NCBI GenBank assembly: GCA_045541795.1
Contig: JAZQJV010000010.1
Span: 8,333 to 72,332, forward strand
DNA: 64,000 nucleotides
Origin: Patescibacteria group bacterium
GTDB taxonomy: Bacteria > Patescibacteriota > Microgenomatia > UBA1400 > PJMF01
Direction: 5' to 3'
In this document: piece after piece, positions 8,345 through 18,663 of the stretch
Numbering within the stretch: position 1 is the stretch's first letter
Layout of the letters: every line of letters begins with the position of its first letter
Translations under genes and position numbers: made by a program
The notes under the pieces: model-generated
The model's input: the letters and a program-made list of their open reading frames with translations, nothing else
What the model was told of the DNA's origin: nothing
Databases searched by the model: none

Positions 8345-10765
8345 ATGTCAGCTATCGAAGATAACATCAATACTAGTGAAATCGTACTTTTGCCCACCGC
8401 ACCGCTAAAAGAAGGTGTCCTTTTCCCTGGTATGCAGACCAAAATGAAGTTTACCCGCGACGCCTCCAAAGCCGCCGTGCGCGCCTGCCGTAAGTCAGAC
8501 AATTTGATTTTCGTCACCTCGCAACGTCGTCCCAATATCGAAAATCCCAAAACTAAAGATCTGTATGATGTCGGCGTCATCGCCAAAGTCGGCGACATTA
8601 CTCATGACCGCAAAGATGACAGCTATGTCGTCAATATTACCTCTTTATATCGTGCCCGTGTACGTGACTGGGCAGAAAACACCAAACAAGTCATTATCGC
8701 CAGTGTCCAAGCGATGGAAGATCAGTATGACATCAGCATGGATCAGCTCGAAATAATGCGTTCTCACTTAATTGGTGATTTTTCCAAACTAGTCAGTGTC
8801 GGTATGATCGAGCAATCTGATAGTTTTATCGCTTTCCTTAAAATCCTCCCGCCTGGACAAACTTGCGATCACATCGGCAATCTCTTGTCCTCCAGTCCCG
8901 CAGACAAACAAAAATTACTCGAAACCGTCAATGTAGGCGAACGTATCAAGCTCACTATCGCTCAAGTAGCTACTGAGCTTCAGGTGGCCAAAATCGAAAC
9001 TGATGTCATCAAAAAAACCCAGCACAAAATGGAAAAAAACATGCGCGAAAATGTTTTGCGCGAGCGGCTCAATATGATCCAAAAAGAACTGGGTGAAATC
9101 AGTGATGAAGAGGATGATGCCGCCGAATACGATAATAAGCTCAAAAAATTGCATGTCGGCGAGCAAATCAAAAAGAAAATCAAAAAAGAACTGAAAAAAT
9201 TCCGCTCCACCTCGTCATTTAATCCAGAAAGCTCATATTTGCGCAACTGGTTGGATACAGTTTTTGATTTACCATGGAATAAATTTAGCAATGATGTCCT
9301 TGATTTACAAAAAGCCGAAAAAATCCTCAATGAATCACATTACGGCCTCGATGAAGTCAAAGATCGCATCCTAGAATACATCGCCGTCCTCAAACTTCAT
9401 CAAGAACAAAAAAAAGTCAACGAAAAACCCACTATTCTCTGTTTTGTCGGCCCGCCTGGTGTAGGTAAAACCAGCATCGGCCAAAGCATCGCCAAGGCTC
9501 TCGGACGCAAGTTTGCTCGCATTTCTCTAGGGGGCGTGCGTGACGAAGCTGAAATCCGCGGACATCGGCGCACCTATGTAGGCGCCATGGCTGGACGCAT
9601 TATAGGCGGCCTCAAGCAAGCCGGCACTAGTAACCCTGTGTTTATGCTGGATGAAATTGATAAAATGGATTACGATTATCACGGCGATCCCTCAGCGGCG
9701 CTCCTAGAAGTGCTTGATCCAGCCCAAAACAAGACTTTTGAAGACCACTACCTAGATATGCCGTATGATTTATCACAAGTCATTTTCATCGCTACGGCCA
9801 ACACCACTGACATCCCAGATCCGCTGCTAGACCGGATGGAAATCATCCGTTATGCTGGCTACACCGTCTCGGAAAAGAAAATCATTGCCAAAAAATATTT
9901 ATTGCCAGAAGCGACCAAAAACGGCGGCCTCAAATCCTCGCAAGTCAAAATTTCGGATCAAATTCTCAATGAGATTATCGAGAATTACACCAAAGAAGCT
10001 GGCGTGCGCGAACTATCGCGCCAACTGGATAAAATCATGCGCAAATCAGCTCGTCTTCTAGTGGCCGATCCCGCACTCAAATCCATCACCATCAACGAAG
10101 AAAAAATCGCCGAATTCCTCGGGCCGCAAAAATTTGACGTTAGCATCAAAAATCAAGAAAATGAAGTTGGTGTGGCCACTGGGCTTGCCTGGACAAGCGT
10201 TGGCGGCGACGTCTTATTCATCGAAGTGGCCACCAGTGAGGGTAAAGGCGAGCTCAAGCTCACCGGTCAACTAGGCGACGTGATGAAAGAATCTGCTCAA
10301 GCAGCCATGACTTATGTCCGCGCTCACGCCAAAGATTTTGGTCTTACGATCAAAAAAATTGATCATACCGATGTTCATATCCATTTCCCAGAAGGTGCTG
10401 TCCCCAAAGATGGTCCATCTGCTGGCGTTACTATCGTCACTGCACTTGTATCCGCACTCACCGAGCGACCCGTACGCAAAGACGTTGCCATGACGGGTGA
10501 GGTCACCTTGCGTGGTAAAGTCCTGCGTATCGGTGGACTCAAAGAAAAATCCATTGCCGCCGCTCGCGCTGGATGTACTACTGTCTGCATTCCTTGGGAA
10601 AACCAACGTGATTTGGTGGAAATACCAGAAGAAATCAAGAAAACAATCAAATTTATCCCCACCAAAAACGTTGCCGAAAATCTTGAGGTGGCTTTAATGC
10701 CAGCTACAACAAAATCTAGCCAGCAAAAACAAGCGACAAAGAAATCAACCGGCAAAAAATCATAA
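8345..10765 (+). CDS. lon: ATP-dependent protease La (Lon)
   Basis: GPPGVGKT, RGHRRTYVGA, LDEIDK, PKDGPSAG (catalytic Ser), IGGLKEK. Confidence 0.98.
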   Translation: MSAIEDNINTSEIVLLPTAPLKEGVLFPGMQTKMKFTRDASKAAVRACRKSDNLIFVTSQRRPNIENPKTKDLYDVGVIAKVGDITHDRKDDSYVVNITSLYRARVRDWAENTKQVIIASVQAMEDQYDISMDQLEIMRSHLIGDFSKLVSVGMIEQSDSFIAFLKILPPGQTCDHIGNLLSSSPADKQKLLETVNVGERIKLTIAQVATELQVAKIETDVIKKTQHKMEKNMRENVLRERLNMIQKELGEISDEEDDAAEYDNKLKKLHVGEQIKKKIKKELKKFRSTSSFNPESSYLRNWLDTVFDLPWNKFSNDVLDLQKAEKILNESHYGLDEVKDRILEYIAVLKLHQEQKKVNEKPTILCFVGPPGVGKTSIGQSIAKALGRKFARISLGGVRDEAEIRGHRRTYVGAMAGRIIGGLKQAGTSNPVFMLDEIDKMDYDYHGDPSAALLEVLDPAQNKTFEDHYLDMPYDLSQVIFIATANTTDIPDPLLDRMEIIRYAGYTVSEKKIIAKKYLLPEATKNGGLKSSQVKISDQILNEIIENYTKEAGVRELSRQLDKIMRKSARLLVADPALKSITINEEKIAEFLGPQKFDVSIKNQENEVGVATGLAWTSVGGDVLFIEVATSEGKGELKLTGQLGDVMKESAQAAMTYVRAHAKDFGLTIKKIDHTDVHIHFPEGAVPKDGPSAGVTIVTALVSALTERPVRKDVAMTGEVTLRGKVLRIGGLKEKSIAAARAGCTTVCIPWENQRDLVEIPEEIKKTIKFIPTKNVAENLEVALMPATTKSSQQKQATKKSTGKKS

Positions 10766-10853
10766 ATTGTGGTACAATATACGTCTTGCTCAGTTATTTG
10801 TTAACTGTCTAGAAAAGCGAAATTAGTTGCACGCCAAGTGCTAGAGAGGAACA

Positions 10854-12254
10854 ATGCCTCAAAAATTAACCAAGTTAGTCTCCACCATCGGTCCGGCGAC
10901 CGAAACAGAAGAAATTATCGGCAAACTCATTGATGCCGGCATGAACGTGGCCCGTTTTAATACCAAACACTCCAGCCCAGCATGGCATCAAGAGCGTATC
11001 CGACGTGTCCGCAAGGTAGCTCAAGAAAAACACGCCAGTATCGCCATTTTACTGGACTTACAAGGGCCAGAAATCCGTATTAATCTACCTGAAGAAAAAC
11101 CGTTTGACTTGGTAGAAGGGGAGACCTGTGTCTTCACCTACAACGAAAGCCTAGACGCTGTCAAAAAAGTCATTATCCCTCAAAACGTTGTCGAATCACT
11201 GCAAATCGGCAACATGATCCTCTTGGATGATGGTGCTTGTGAACTCGAAGTTACCGGCAAAAACAGCGATCATCTCGTGCTCACCTCGCTTACTGCTTGT
11301 ACCGTCAAACATCGCAAGACCATGAATGTGCCTGGCGTTACTATTGACATGCCTTCTCTCGTGCCTGCCGATTACGAACAACTTGACGGCGCAGTCGGTA
11401 CTGATTTGATTGACTACGTTGGTCTCTCCTTTGTCCGTGACGCCGCAGACATCAAATTCCTGCGCGCCGAGCTAGACAAACGTGGTCTCCACTCACAAAT
11501 TATCTCCAAAATCGAAACACAAGCAGCCCTCGACAATCTTGAAGAGATCGTCGCTGCTTCAGACGGAGTTATGGTCGCTCGCGGCGATTTGGGCGTAGAA
11601 ATGCCATACGAGGAACTTGTTTTCTGGCAAAAACGCATTATTGATTTATGCCGTTCTCAAGCCAAACCAGTCATTACTGCTACCCAAATGCTCAAGAGTA
11701 TGACCGAGCTACCACGGCCCACTCGCGCTGAAGTCTCAGACGTCGCCCATGCGATTTATGATGGTACCGACGCAATCATGCTCTCGGAAGAAACCACCAT
11801 CGGCAAATATCCGGTGCGCGCAGTCCAAACGCAAGCCACTATCGCCGCTTACAATGAGCCCTACGCCAACGATAATCTCACCATCAAAGTGACCAGTGAT
11901 CCTCAGGAAGCAGTCATCAATGCTGCTATCGAACTCACTGAAACCAGTGGACTTGAAGTTGACCATTTAGTCTGCCTCACCACTACTGGTCGTTCGGCGC
12001 TTTTGGCTGCTAGCCTCCATCCTAGCCGGCCAGTGCTCGCCATCACTAGTGACGAGAGAGTTTACTACTCACTATCTCTAGCCTACGGCGTCACTCCGAT
12101 TTTAGCTGAGTCAGAAATTGCCTCTGATGCGGCCAAAACTATTCAATATCTCAAAGATCAAGGCATTATCGTCAAAGGTGAGCGCATTATCGTCACGCAT
12201 GGTGTCCCACACTGCGTGGGTGGCACCAATACGATGTCCATCATCAAAGCGTAA
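10854..12254 (+). CDS. pyk: Pyruvate kinase
   Basis: TKLVSTIGPA, DLQGPEIR, MVARGDLGVE, ATQMLKSM, PTRAEVSDV. Confidence 0.97.
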   Translation: MPQKLTKLVSTIGPATETEEIIGKLIDAGMNVARFNTKHSSPAWHQERIRRVRKVAQEKHASIAILLDLQGPEIRINLPEEKPFDLVEGETCVFTYNESLDAVKKVIIPQNVVESLQIGNMILLDDGACELEVTGKNSDHLVLTSLTACTVKHRKTMNVPGVTIDMPSLVPADYEQLDGAVGTDLIDYVGLSFVRDAADIKFLRAELDKRGLHSQIISKIETQAALDNLEEIVAASDGVMVARGDLGVEMPYEELVFWQKRIIDLCRSQAKPVITATQMLKSMTELPRPTRAEVSDVAHAIYDGTDAIMLSEETTIGKYPVRAVQTQATIAAYNEPYANDNLTIKVTSDPQEAVINAAIELTETSGLEVDHLVCLTTTGRSALLAASLHPSRPVLAITSDERVYYSLSLAYGVTPILAESEIASDAAKTIQYLKDQGIIVKGERIIVTHGVPHCVGGTNTMSIIKA

Positions 12255-12269
12255 ATTTGTAAAAAAAGC

Positions 12270-12304
12270 AACCTGCCATCAGCATTTGTTGGTGGCAGGT
12301 TTTT
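12270..12304 (+). terminator. Intrinsic terminator after pyk
   Basis: AACCTGCCATCAGC...GTTGGTGGCAGGTT stem followed by Ts. Confidence 0.75.
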
Positions 12305-12343
12305 GCTTGTTTTTCTCCCATTTTGTATGATATAATAGCACAT

Positions 12344-13318
12344 ATGACAAAAAAACAACTCATCCCGCTCAAAATGGATCCCTTTTTACGCGATACGATC
12401 TGGGGTGGTCACCGCCTCGAGGCATACGGCAAACATCCAGACAAATCACTCAAAAATATTGCCGAATCATGGGAAATTTCCACTCATCCCAGCGGTCTAA
12501 GTCGTATCAGTGATGGTATTTTTGCCGGCGAAAGCTTCGCCGATTATCTAGCCACTATGGGTGCATCCGTCATTTCCAGCCGAGCTCGCAGTCAAGATTT
12601 CCCCCTGATCATCAAGTATATCGACGCTATGGATAATCTCTCCATCCAAGTCCATCCTGGAAAAGGCTACGCTGGTCCCGGCCCCAATGCCGATGGCAAA
12701 ACAGAAATGTGGTACGTAGTCGATGCTCTGCCTGGCAGCAAACTATACTACGGCGTCAAACAGCTTACCGACTTAGAAGTCTTCAAAAAACACATTCAAG
12801 CCGATACTGTACCAGAAATTCTCCGCGAGGTAGAAGTTCACCCTGGCGACGTCTTCTTTTTACCGCCCGGCACTATCCACGGTATCGGCAAAGGTATCCT
12901 CATCGCCGAGATCCAACAATCCTGTGACCTTACTTATAGAGTCTGCGATTATGGCCGCATCGATTTCAACGGCAAAAAACGTCCTCTGCATATCAAAGAT
13001 GCTCTCGCCGTCAGCCTTTTGACACCTACTCCAGACACCGTCCCAGGCAAAGTAGAATCTCTAGACTCTGGCAATACCATCCAAAAACTAGTTAAGTGTG
13101 ACTACTTCACCGTTTCTCGTCTCCAACTGCGCTCACAACTTCCTTGTCACGTCACTACTGGCAGTTTTCATGTCCTCATGTGTTTAGACGGAAGTTTCCA
13201 GCTCACCAAAGATCAGATCATCTATACCTACACCAAAGGAGAAACTGCCTATTTACCGGCCAAAATGGGAGATTACACTCTAGAAGGCGACGCAACCATT
13301 CTCAAAACCACGCTTTAA
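12344..13318 (+). CDS. manA: Mannose-6-phosphate isomerase, class I (cupin)
   Basis: IWGG, AESWEIS, LSIQVHP, GKTEMWY, GTIHGIG, EIQQSCDLTYR. Confidence 0.92.
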   Translation: MTKKQLIPLKMDPFLRDTIWGGHRLEAYGKHPDKSLKNIAESWEISTHPSGLSRISDGIFAGESFADYLATMGASVISSRARSQDFPLIIKYIDAMDNLSIQVHPGKGYAGPGPNADGKTEMWYVVDALPGSKLYYGVKQLTDLEVFKKHIQADTVPEILREVEVHPGDVFFLPPGTIHGIGKGILIAEIQQSCDLTYRVCDYGRIDFNGKKRPLHIKDALAVSLLTPTPDTVPGKVESLDSGNTIQKLVKCDYFTVSRLQLRSQLPCHVTTGSFHVLMCLDGSFQLTKDQIIYTYTKGETAYLPAKMGDYTLEGDATILKTTL

Positions 13319-13830
13319 TGACGAGTTATTTCCAGCTCGTCTCCGACGCATACATCCCAAGCCTGGACCCGTCCAGCAGCGATTTCCAGTACCATATTTA
13401 CTGGTTTTTCACTAGTATATAGTGGTAAATTTGCCAACGGCACACCGGGCTGCGCTGGCACTCGTGGACTAATATCCACCACTTTACCATCGTCCAACCA
13501 CACAATATCCAAATCAAAATACATCCGCGGCATCCAAAAAGGATACGTCCCCCGTGCCGGCAGAGCAAAAAGCATCCCGTCGCTACCAATTTCTTGACGA
13601 TCAGAAAGCCCTTGACCGATTGAGGCCTGAGTATTTACCACTTCCAAGCGCAAATCCTGTCCCGCCAGGCGCGCCGTCAGCATGCTATGGTCTGGTAAAG
13701 ATCTTAAATACACACTCAAGCGACCTCGTGAAGTCCACGCACCCATGCCCGCATATGCAAGCAGCACTATCACCGCTGTCACTAAGACCATTACTATCGC
13801 TCTTACTTCCTGTGGCCAGTTTTTTTTCAT
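13315..13830 (-). CDS. DUF192 family membrane-anchored protein
   Basis: N-terminal TM; GLSDR...GMLF...FWM...LDIVW...VLEI.AG pattern. Confidence 0.85.
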   Translation of the reverse strand: MKKNWPQEVRAIVMVLVTAVIVLLAYAGMGAWTSRGRLSVYLRSLPDHSMLTARLAGQDLRLEVVNTQASIGQGLSDRQEIGSDGMLFALPARGTYPFWMPRMYFDLDIVWLDDGKVVDISPRVPAQPGVPLANLPLYTSEKPVNMVLEIAAGRVQAWDVCVGDELEITRH

Positions 13831-14870
13831 AAATTTATCACTCCCACGTCTCCGTCCAGATACTTCTTTATCTGTAAATCCAAAGCGGTAATCACTGTCG
13901 CTTGCTGGCGCACCTGTGCCAGCACTAATTCTCGCGCTTGTTCATCCAGCTCCGAAAAAATATCATCCAGCAGCAGTAAGGGCTGACGCCCAGTACGCGT
14001 TTGCAAAAAAGTCAGCTCCGCGATTTTTAGCCACAAGACCGCCAAACGTTGCTGACCGCGCGAACCATACACTGCCAGATCTACATTTTGCCCGCCAAGC
14101 GGTGCTTGGATCACCAAATTATCTCGTTGCGGACCAATCAAGCAATGTCCGCAAGCAATTTCGGCTCGCAGGTGTGACTCTAGCGTTTCGCGCGTCAACA
14201 GTGACGGCTCATAAATCAATAAATAATCACGATGTGAAGGCACATTTTTATTGACAAAATCCACGTATTCTGCTCGCATTTTGGCCACTACCGGCGCATA
14301 TTCTAGCATTTGTTCATCCCACAAATGCAAAACATCCTGACCCCAGCCTGTCTCCTTAATTTGTTTGAGGGTCTTATTGCGCCGCAGCAGCGCTGCTCGA
14401 TAATTCTTGAGCGCTTCGCGGTAAACTTGGCTCGTCAAAATCAACGGTCCGTCCAGATAATCACGCCGCCTTTCGCCAGCCCCTTCAATCAATCGCAAAT
14501 CTTCTGGCCGGAAGACAACCGTCAGCAAATTACCCACAAAATCTGTCGCCCGCTTTTTTGTGCGGTCCAGCAAATAATGTTTGGGCGCAGTTTTTTGACC
14601 GTTGACGATGCCACCAGTTAATGTCATTCCTAATCGTATCTGCTCGTCGGTGAGCGCGTGGACTTGCGCTAGCTCTCGCCCAAAACGGATCATCTCGACA
14701 GTTTTACCAGCGCGCAAACTTTTACCTGTAGAGAGCAAATGCAAAGCTTCAATGATCGTCGTTTTACCAGAGCCATTTGGCGCGACAATCAAAGTAATGC
14801 GTGCCGGGAACTCCCACGTCGCTGTTTGGAACTGACGAAAATCCTGAAGATATAATTTAGTAACTTGCAC
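13827..14870 (-). CDS. recF: DNA replication/repair protein RecF
   Basis: APNGSGKT, GSRGQQR, LLLLDDIFSELD. Start most likely GTG 14870, 6 nt after TATAAT. Confidence 0.93.
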   Translation of the reverse strand: MQVTKLYLQDFRQFQTATWEFPARITLIVAPNGSGKTTIIEALHLLSTGKSLRAGKTVEMIRFGRELAQVHALTDEQIRLGMTLTGGIVNGQKTAPKHYLLDRTKKRATDFVGNLLTVVFRPEDLRLIEGAGERRRDYLDGPLILTSQVYREALKNYRAALLRRNKTLKQIKETGWGQDVLHLWDEQMLEYAPVVAKMRAEYVDFVNKNVPSHRDYLLIYEPSLLTRETLESHLRAEIACGHCLIGPQRDNLVIQAPLGGQNVDLAVYGSRGQQRLAVLWLKIAELTFLQTRTGRQPLLLLDDIFSELDEQARELVLAQVRQQATVITALDLQIKKYLDGDVGVINL

Positions 14871-14953
14871 GTCCAAATTATAACAAAAATCATTAAAAAG
14901 TCAACTGTATGTATTTTTACATGCGCGATGTGAACGCAAATAAGCATCCCATT

Positions 14954-14984
14954 TGTTTAACATTTGTTTAACAAATGTTAAACA
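14954..14984. repeat. Perfect 15-bp inverted repeat with 1-nt spacer
   Basis: TGTTTAACATTTGTT-T-AACAAATGTTAAACA in the spacer upstream of recF. Confidence 0.9.
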
Positions 14985-15039
14985 CTCACATCTGGAAAAA
15001 GTGAACAAACAAAATACAAACGTAAACAAATTTGTCAAT

Positions 15040-15915
15040 TTAAATGTCTTGTTTTTTTACAAAAACCGCTGCTTTGACTATATTGCGTACGAAACGCGGT
15101 AACTTCTCACCGTAATACTTGTCATAATACTGCAGCATGGTATCGAAAAAGTATTCTCGCGACCGACCAGAAATTTTTGCATCTTGGTTGGCAATTCCCG
15201 TTTTATTTTTGTGATGAATAATTGTCACTTCCGGATCATAAACCACTTGGTAACCAGCTTCACGCACACGTCTAGCCCAGTCTAAGTCCTCAGCATAAAG
15301 AAAAAAACGTTCGTCCAGCAGTCCGATCTGATCAATTACTCGTCGCGGCAAAACCATCGCTGCTCCGGAAATTGCATCTATGGGATGTATCTTTTCTAAA
15401 TCCAGATCGTGTCGGTGATAACCGTTGACCACTCGCCAACGCGGCCACAATTTCTCCAGCTTTCCAAAATAGCAAGCTGCCGCCCAGAGCGTGGGCTCAC
15501 CGCGATGACAAGCCAGATCCAGCCGTCCATCAGTCATTTCCAATTTTGGCCCGATCATTCCCACTTTTTTATGCGACTGTAAATAATCCACGAGATTATC
15601 AATATTACTTCGCTGATCAAGTTGTGTGTCGGGATTGAGTAACATCACATATTTACCGTGGGCACGATCAATACCAATATTATTTGCCCCGGCAAAACCC
15701 TTATTCTCGGTTAATTCTATCAGCTGTACCCACGAAAAATGCTCGCGCACCATAGAAAGTAGTTCATCGTCGCTGCCATTATCCACCACAATTACCTCCA
15801 CCGCGCGCGCAGTTTTTTGCAAATAATGCTCATCAAGAGTTTCCAGAGTTTTTTTGAGCCAAAACGCTCCATTATAACTCACTATTATTATTGATAAATC
15901 AATATTTTTACTCAT
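15040..15915 (-). CDS. Glycosyltransferase family 2 (WbbL/rhamnosyltransferase-like)
   Basis: SIIIVSYN, VVDNGSDD, NKGFAGANN, LLNPD, FFLYAEDLD. Confidence 0.92.
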   Translation of the reverse strand: MSKNIDLSIIIVSYNGAFWLKKTLETLDEHYLQKTARAVEVIVVDNGSDDELLSMVREHFSWVQLIELTENKGFAGANNIGIDRAHGKYVMLLNPDTQLDQRSNIDNLVDYLQSHKKVGMIGPKLEMTDGRLDLACHRGEPTLWAAACYFGKLEKLWPRWRVVNGYHRHDLDLEKIHPIDAISGAAMVLPRRVIDQIGLLDERFFLYAEDLDWARRVREAGYQVVYDPEVTIIHHKNKTGIANQDAKISGRSREYFFDTMLQYYDKYYGEKLPRFVRNIVKAAVFVKKQDI

Positions 15916-17113
15916 CTTCTTTTTTACCTAGCTCACGATAAATCCGGTCTAATTGTGAAGCTATCAGTTCCCAATCATAATGATCACGGACAAATTTGCG
16001 ACCGTTTACAGATAATTTTTCTTGCAAGCGTATATCGTCCAAAAGTGCTAACGCTTCACTAGCCATTTGTTCGGCCGTATCAGCAATAATGACTTCCTCG
16101 CGGTTGCGCACGCCCAAACCTTCCACCGCCGTACTCGTGGCGATAATCGGCGTCCCGCTCGCCATTGCTTCCAAAATTTTATAGCGTGTCCCCTTACCAG
16201 AAAACACCGGTGCCAACAAAATATGAGCACCGCCGAAAGCTTCTCGGATGTCGTCAATCCGTCCTGGCACTTCAATTTGTGGATCACGTGCCGCCAGATG
16301 TAAAATCTCCGCCGTGGGCGCATTGCCCACTACCCACAACTTAATATCACTGCGTTTTTCCTTGATGAGCGGCCAAACTTTTTGTACCAAAAACCGCACT
16401 GCTTCCACATTTGGCAGCCACTTAAAAGTCCCCACCGACAGCAGCGTCGGCTCCGGACGACGGCCATATTTTTGTTCACTAAACCACGCTGTATCCACAC
16501 CATTGGCCACCACGTCTATAGGTGTCTTACCGTCAATCTCTCGCGCGATAAATTCCTTGTCTTCGTCACTCATCGTCACCAAACGATCACAATGCTCCCA
16601 GTAATACTTTTCCCAATACTTGATCTTATTGATGTCAATTTTTAAAAGCGGCCGCAAAATCTGCCAAGGTGTAGTTTCCGCAAAACTCTCATAACCCAAA
16701 TATTCTATCGTCTGTTCCACCAGCATGACCGGCACATTGGTCTCCGGCAAATGTGGCATCATATAAAACGTCTCTGCGTGGATCAAATCGTAATGCTCTG
16801 ACGCCAGCTCTCGCTTGACCGCGTCAATGACCGAAGATACATGATTGCGGATCACCAAAAACGGATAAGAAGATACCGCCGTCCGCAGAATGTTGCGCAC
16901 CGTAAAAGGCTTGCTGGAGCGCTTAAAAACGCACACTTTGTGACAGTACTGTTCTAATTCCTTGATATATTGCTTTTCTTGTTCATTTTTAATGAGTGCA
17001 AACAGAGTGATTTCATGTTTATCGGCCATTTTTTTGAGTAAATTATAAGTCCGGATCTGTCCACCAGATAAAAGCGGATAGGGGAGATAAGGCGTCAGCA
17101 TCAAAATTTTCAT
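15908..17113 (-). CDS. Glycosyltransferase family 4
   Basis: MKILMLTPYLPYP..SGGQIR; KILEAMASGTPII. Confidence 0.92.
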   Translation of the reverse strand: MKILMLTPYLPYPLLSGGQIRTYNLLKKMADKHEITLFALIKNEQEKQYIKELEQYCHKVCVFKRSSKPFTVRNILRTAVSSYPFLVIRNHVSSVIDAVKRELASEHYDLIHAETFYMMPHLPETNVPVMLVEQTIEYLGYESFAETTPWQILRPLLKIDINKIKYWEKYYWEHCDRLVTMSDEDKEFIAREIDGKTPIDVVANGVDTAWFSEQKYGRRPEPTLLSVGTFKWLPNVEAVRFLVQKVWPLIKEKRSDIKLWVVGNAPTAEILHLAARDPQIEVPGRIDDIREAFGGAHILLAPVFSGKGTRYKILEAMASGTPIIATSTAVEGLGVRNREEVIIADTAEQMASEALALLDDIRLQEKLSVNGRKFVRDHYDWELIASQLDRIYRELGKKEDE

Positions 17114-18663
17114 TCGTTCCTTTCCACATTTATCTGCGCCGCACGGGAAGCCTGCAGATCAAAAATAAAACCGTTTTCATCTTGATACATCTTCAAAAAA
17201 TGCTCATCCAAGTAGTGATACAAATCATCAGTATTAGTCCCCACAAAAAACTGCGCACCTTTGGCAATTTTCTCCTCCAAATCCAGCCCTGATGGCCAAC
17301 CAGTTCTCTCGGTCTGAAAAAGAAAATTAGTATCGCCATCAAAAGCGTGCGCGATCACCAAAGCGTCTGGTGGCAACATCCGCGCTGCCACTTGCCCGAT
17401 ATAGACCGGACGCCAGTCATTAATATCAAAAAACCCTTTTACCTGTCTCCAAGATACGTACCAACCGCATCCTACAAGCACCGCCAAGCCTACTGCTGTA
17501 CACCAAAAAAACACCTTCTTATCCACCTTTCTACTCAAAGACTGCAAATAAACCATCGCTTTTGCCAATCCGCGGCCACACAAAATGCACACACTCGGCA
17601 AAAGTAAATATTGATAATAATCATGTTGGATGTTACCCGTGGCAAACATACTTAGGTAAACAAAATCGCATCCCAGCCATAAATAAGTAAAACCGTCAAA
17701 AGCGCTAAAAAGCTTTTTGGTCTCAGCTCGGCCACTTGGCCACAGGCCCCACAAAGCAAAAATACTGCCAAAACCGCCTAACCAGAGTTTACCCAAACGC
17801 TCGTAAAACAACCAACGCCACCACATCGGTCGCCAGCGCGGAGGCGTACCGTGTAGCGGTCCGTTGAGCAGCCAATCGCTCGCCGGGATGCCAGCCGGGA
17901 ACTGCTGGATATACAGCCGCCACCAACACAAAGGCAAGACACTGACAATAGCCAAAAGCCACAAATCACAGCTTTGCAAGCATTTCTTGCCATCATGTCT
18001 CCAGGCAAGAAAAACCCATAAAGGTCCCCAAAAAACTGTCGTCGGCTTGACCAGTAATGCCGCCATCAAACTCAAACACGTAATCAGCCAACCCTGCCAA
18101 GTCTTTTTTTCCAGATAAAAACTAAAACTTACTAGCGATACCAATCCCAAAAAAACCTGAAATGGCTCCGGCAAAATTGCGCGACCATAAAAAATAGAGT
18201 AGGGTAGCAGTGCCATCGCGGCTGCCGCCGACAAGGCGATAATCTCACAGTGATATTCATCCTTGTCCATCATTCTTTTGACCAGCCAATAAACACAAAT
18301 CACACTCCCACTCGAGCATATCGCCGCCGCCAAACGTGAAAAACTCACCAGTGACCAACTAGAAAAAATCTGCAATATTAGAGCGATAAAATAATTCACC
18401 AGTGGGAACTCTACCATCCTATCACCAGTCAAATTATCCTGACCGCTTTGGACACTGCCCAGATCGTGATAATGCGGCCGCCAAATAGGATAGTGATGAC
18501 GCACAAACTCTCTCGTCACCGATGCTGTATCCGCCTGACGAAAAGAATGCCAATCCATCAAGGGATAATCCAAGCGCCACAAGCGCAAACCAAAACCCAA
18601 AGCTACAATTACCCCCAAAATTTGTGCCCGCCGGGCTCGGATAAATTTTTCAAGCATTGTCAA
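17110..18663 (-). CDS. GT-C membrane glycosyltransferase (ArnT/GT39-like)
   Basis: Multiple TM helices; DWHSFRQADTA loop; MVEFPL; HDYYQ. Confidence 0.8.
   Translation of the reverse strand: MTMLEKFIRARRAQILGVIVALGFGLRLWRLDYPLMDWHSFRQADTASVTREFVRHHYPIWRPHYHDLGSVQSGQDNLTGDRMVEFPLVNYFIALILQIFSSWSLVSFSRLAAAICSSGSVICVYWLVKRMMDKDEYHCEIIALSAAAAMALLPYSIFYGRAILPEPFQVFLGLVSLVSFSFYLEKKTWQGWLITCLSLMAALLVKPTTVFWGPLWVFLAWRHDGKKCLQSCDLWLLAIVSVLPLCWWRLYIQQFPAGIPASDWLLNGPLHGTPPRWRPMWWRWLFYERLGKLWLGGFGSIFALWGLWPSGRAETKKLFSAFDGFTYLWLGCDFVYLSMFATGNIQHDYYQYLLLPSVCILCGRGLAKAMVYLQSLSRKVDKKVFFWCTAVGLAVLVGCGWYVSWRQVKGFFDINDWRPVYIGQVAARMLPPDALVIAHAFDGDTNFLFQTERTGWPSGLDLEEKIAKGAQFFVGTNTDDLYHYLDEHFLKMYQDENGFIFDLQASRAAQINVERNE

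Noticed and set aside
8248-8598. 117-aa N-terminal extension of SufC in the ORF track
   Set aside because: It overlaps lon and its promoter on the opposite strand; the SufC fold starts at MDKTLL (8247).
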